From: an uncultured Candidatus Saccharibacteria bacterium
Lineage (GTDB): Bacteria > Patescibacteriota > Saccharimonadia > Saccharimonadales > JBBQAJ01
Assembly (NCBI GenBank): GCA_964597925.1
Contig: CAZQZT010000002.1
Coordinates: 39,038 to 103,037 of the forward strand
DNA: 64,000 nt
Reading direction: 5' to 3'
Positions 62,190 through 64,000 of the stretch are shown here, one piece after another (the first letter of the stretch is position 1; every line of letters starts with the position of its first letter). A model generated the notes under the pieces. The model was not told the DNA's origin. It worked only from the letters and a program-made list of their open reading frames with translations, and did not search any database. The translations under genes and the position numbers were made by a program.

Positions 62190-63066
62190 TTCTTAGTACC
62201 GCCTTTGTTGGTTCTTTAACTTCCTCTTCTTTTGGTTCTTCAAGCTTGGCTATTTTAGCTGCGGCAGCCTCAGTCTTTTCGACTTTTTTGTCGTGCTTGG
62301 ATTTACCTGTTTCTATAGCCTGTTGTATGTAGTCAGAAATCAGCTGGATGGTTTTAATAGCGTCGTCGTTTGCGGGTATTGGGTAGTCTATGAGAGTTGG
62401 ATCCGCGTTGGTATCTACAATCCCCACTATCGGAACGCCTAGTTTTCGGGCTTCACGCACAGCGTTTACATCGTGGGTTACGTCTGTTACAAACACAGCG
62501 CCTAGCTTACTAGCTAGGTTTTTGATACCACCGTAAATGTGGTTCATTTCGTCTATTTCTTCTTGAAAACGTTGAACTTCTAGTTTGCTATATTTAGCAG
62601 CCAGTGTGCCGTTTTCCATTTTTTCTTCTAGATCTTTTAGGTGCTTTACTCGTCCGCCTATAGTGTTGCGATTAGTAAGCATACCCCCAAGCCAACGCTC
62701 AACTACAAATGGCATGCCGGTGTTATCTGCAAGATTTTTGACAATATCATGAGCTTGGCGTTTTGTGCCAACTACCATTACTTGTTTGCCCTCTGCGCTC
62801 ACGTCTTCTATAAAATTGAGCGCTCGGTCTAGGCACTCAACTGTTTTGGTTAAATCTATAATGTGTGTGCCTTCACGCTTGCTGTGTATGTACGGAGCCA
62901 TTTTGGGGTGCCAGCGACTGGTTTTGTGCCCAAAGTGCGCCCCTGCTTCTAATAGTTTTTTAATGTCTACTGTCCTAGAAACATCGTTTCTAACTGGAGT
63001 AGTTTTGAGTGTTTTTATAACTTCCTCTTCTGAGTCGTTTATAACGGTGTCTACTTGTGTAGCCAT
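62182..63066 (-). CDS. rpsB: 30S ribosomal protein S2 (with N- and C-terminal extensions)
   Basis: LLEAGAHFGHKTSRWHPKM, VGTKRQA, VERWLGGMLTN, IVGIVDTNADP. Lys/Glu-rich C-terminal tail. Confidence 0.92.
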   Translation of the reverse strand: MATQVDTVINDSEEEVIKTLKTTPVRNDVSRTVDIKKLLEAGAHFGHKTSRWHPKMAPYIHSKREGTHIIDLTKTVECLDRALNFIEDVSAEGKQVMVVGTKRQAHDIVKNLADNTGMPFVVERWLGGMLTNRNTIGGRVKHLKDLEEKMENGTLAAKYSKLEVQRFQEEIDEMNHIYGGIKNLASKLGAVFVTDVTHDVNAVREARKLGVPIVGIVDTNADPTLIDYPIPANDDAIKTIQLISDYIQQAIETGKSKHDKKVEKTEAAAAKIAKLEEPKEEEVKEPTKAVLRNG

Positions 63067-63358
63067 ACGTATCCTTTCATGAATTCTTGCTCTTTGTTTA
63101 GGTACCTGTGTGATCCGCTCAAGGTGTCACTCAGGAGAATTCGTTCCCAAACTGCTTAATTTGTTACTCATAAATATTAACAGAGATGGCTCTTCGATGC
63201 AAGAGCCAGATTAACCCGGCTGTCGTGCCGACAGTCGGGTTGACAATGCCTATCACTTGAAAATTCATTAACAGGGGTGTATACTCATTTGGATAAACAA
63301 AGCCGACTGCAGACAGGCTCACTGCTAACCGGTCAATCTAAATGAGCTAGGATTACCC

Positions 63359-63709
63359 ATGAAAAAAGGATTACACCCCACGAACTACCGCCCCGTAGTT
63401 TTTCAAGACCTCAACAACAACGAAACGTTTTTGACTAAGTCAACCGTTGCAACCGAAGACACCATAAAGCTAGGTGGCGTAGATTACCCACTAGTCAAAG
63501 TACACATTTCATCTGCTTCTCACCCGTTCTTTACTGGCCAGGAAAAGATGATTGACATAGAAGGACGTGTAGACAAGTTTAAGGCTCGCCAAGAAGCAGC
63601 CAAGGCTCGCGCAGAAGGCATGAAGGCCAAAGCCAGCAAAACCCGTACTAAAACTCCAAAAGCTGACGAAACACAGAAGATTGGCTCCCTAAAGCCTGGC
63701 TCTCGCTAA
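63359..63709 (+). CDS. rpmE: 50S ribosomal protein L31, type B (no CxxC Zn motif), with Lys-rich C-terminal extension
   Basis: [17 protein letters not shown]...[26 protein letters not shown]. Candidate promoter TTGAAA-N17-TATACT about 70 nt upstream. Confidence 0.85.
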   Translation: MKKGLHPTNYRPVVFQDLNNNETFLTKSTVATEDTIKLGGVDYPLVKVHISSASHPFFTGQEKMIDIEGRVDKFKARQEAAKARAEGMKAKASKTRTKTPKADETQKIGSLKPGSR

Positions 63710-63778
63710 CAAAAATTCATAGTAAACCGCCTGTGTCTTACCGATATAGGCAGTTTTCTAATATACTGAGCAGGTACC

Positions 63779-64000
63779 ATGGACGCAAAAGAACAAGCTT
63801 TACGAGATGAGCTAGCTGGACTGCAAATAAAACTGCAAGATCCGGCCATCTTTAGCGCGCCAGAATATCCCAAAGTTGCTCGGCGAATCAGCCAGCTCGA
63901 AGAAGTAATTAGGCTTTTTGATCAGATAAGAACACTAAGCCAGCAAAAAACTGAAGCAGAAGACATGACCTCTGGGAACGATGACATGTCAGAACTTGCC
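63779..64000 (+). CDS. prfA: Peptide chain release factor 1, N-terminal fragment (continues past window end)
   Basis: Own translation from ATG 63779: MDAKEQALRDELAGLQIKLQDPAIFSAPEYPKVARRISQLEEVIRLFDQIRTL..., a typical RF1 N-terminal helical domain. Open to base 64000 (74 codons). Confidence 0.7.
   Translation, partial: MDAKEQALRDELAGLQIKLQDPAIFSAPEYPKVARRISQLEEVIRLFDQIRTLSQQKTEAEDMTSGNDDMSELA

Noticed and set aside
1-64000. CRISPR arrays, rRNA operons, tRNA genes, prophage structural genes
   Set aside because: I saw no regularly spaced direct repeats, no rRNA signature sequences and no foldable tRNA cloverleaf in any intergenic region. No capsid, terminase or integrase-like translations appear in the ORF track.

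Overview
The window reads as a densely packed chromosomal segment of a small-genome, probably monoderm bacterium. Gene content suggests a CPR/Patescibacteria (Saccharibacteria-like) lineage, but that is inference only, since I could run no search. About 65 protein genes are supported. Genes at 2.3-9.3 kb (der, pth, topA, a sigma-region-4/HARE-HTH protein) lie on the plus strand. From 10.3 kb onward nearly everything is on the minus strand: a reduced dcw cluster (mraZ-rsmH-ftsL-ftsI-mraY-ftsW-murG-ftsQ), glyQS, recO, xseAB, pyrG, ftsEX with a CHAP hydrolase, prfB, secA, hpf, serS, rsmE, class I lysyl-tRNA synthetase, greA, rseP, uppS, frr, tsf and rpsB. rpmE and the start of prfA close the window on the plus strand. 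The two blocks converge on a roughly 1 kb ORF-free gap (9347-10332) that contains a dif-like palindrome, so this may be the replication terminus. The window start carries mobile DNA: a partial replication-relaxation-like gene and an IS1595-family transposase. I found no rRNA, tRNA or CRISPR array. The items most worth a second look are: (1) a heliorhodopsin-family 7-TM protein with a long Lys/Thr-rich N-terminal tail, divergent from msrA; (2) a 627-bp tandem duplication encoding two anchored small proteins, with nucleotide-identical low-GC 5' halves and diverged, strikingly high-GC 3' halves; (3) an adjacent histidine-kinase-like and receiver-like pair in which both phospho-acceptor residues appear replaced by Glu; (4) four exact intergenic copies of TTATCCACA, all in the same orientation; (5) a structured, terminator-capped ORF-free region (about 4858-5200); (6) an orphan two-gene block (33508-35559); (7) a recurring -10 hexamer 6-8 nt upstream of start codons, suggesting leaderless mRNAs; and (8) a DUF427 gene whose conserved N-terminus has no canonical start codon. 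All functional calls rest on my own recognition of motifs in the supplied translations, and none was verified by a search.
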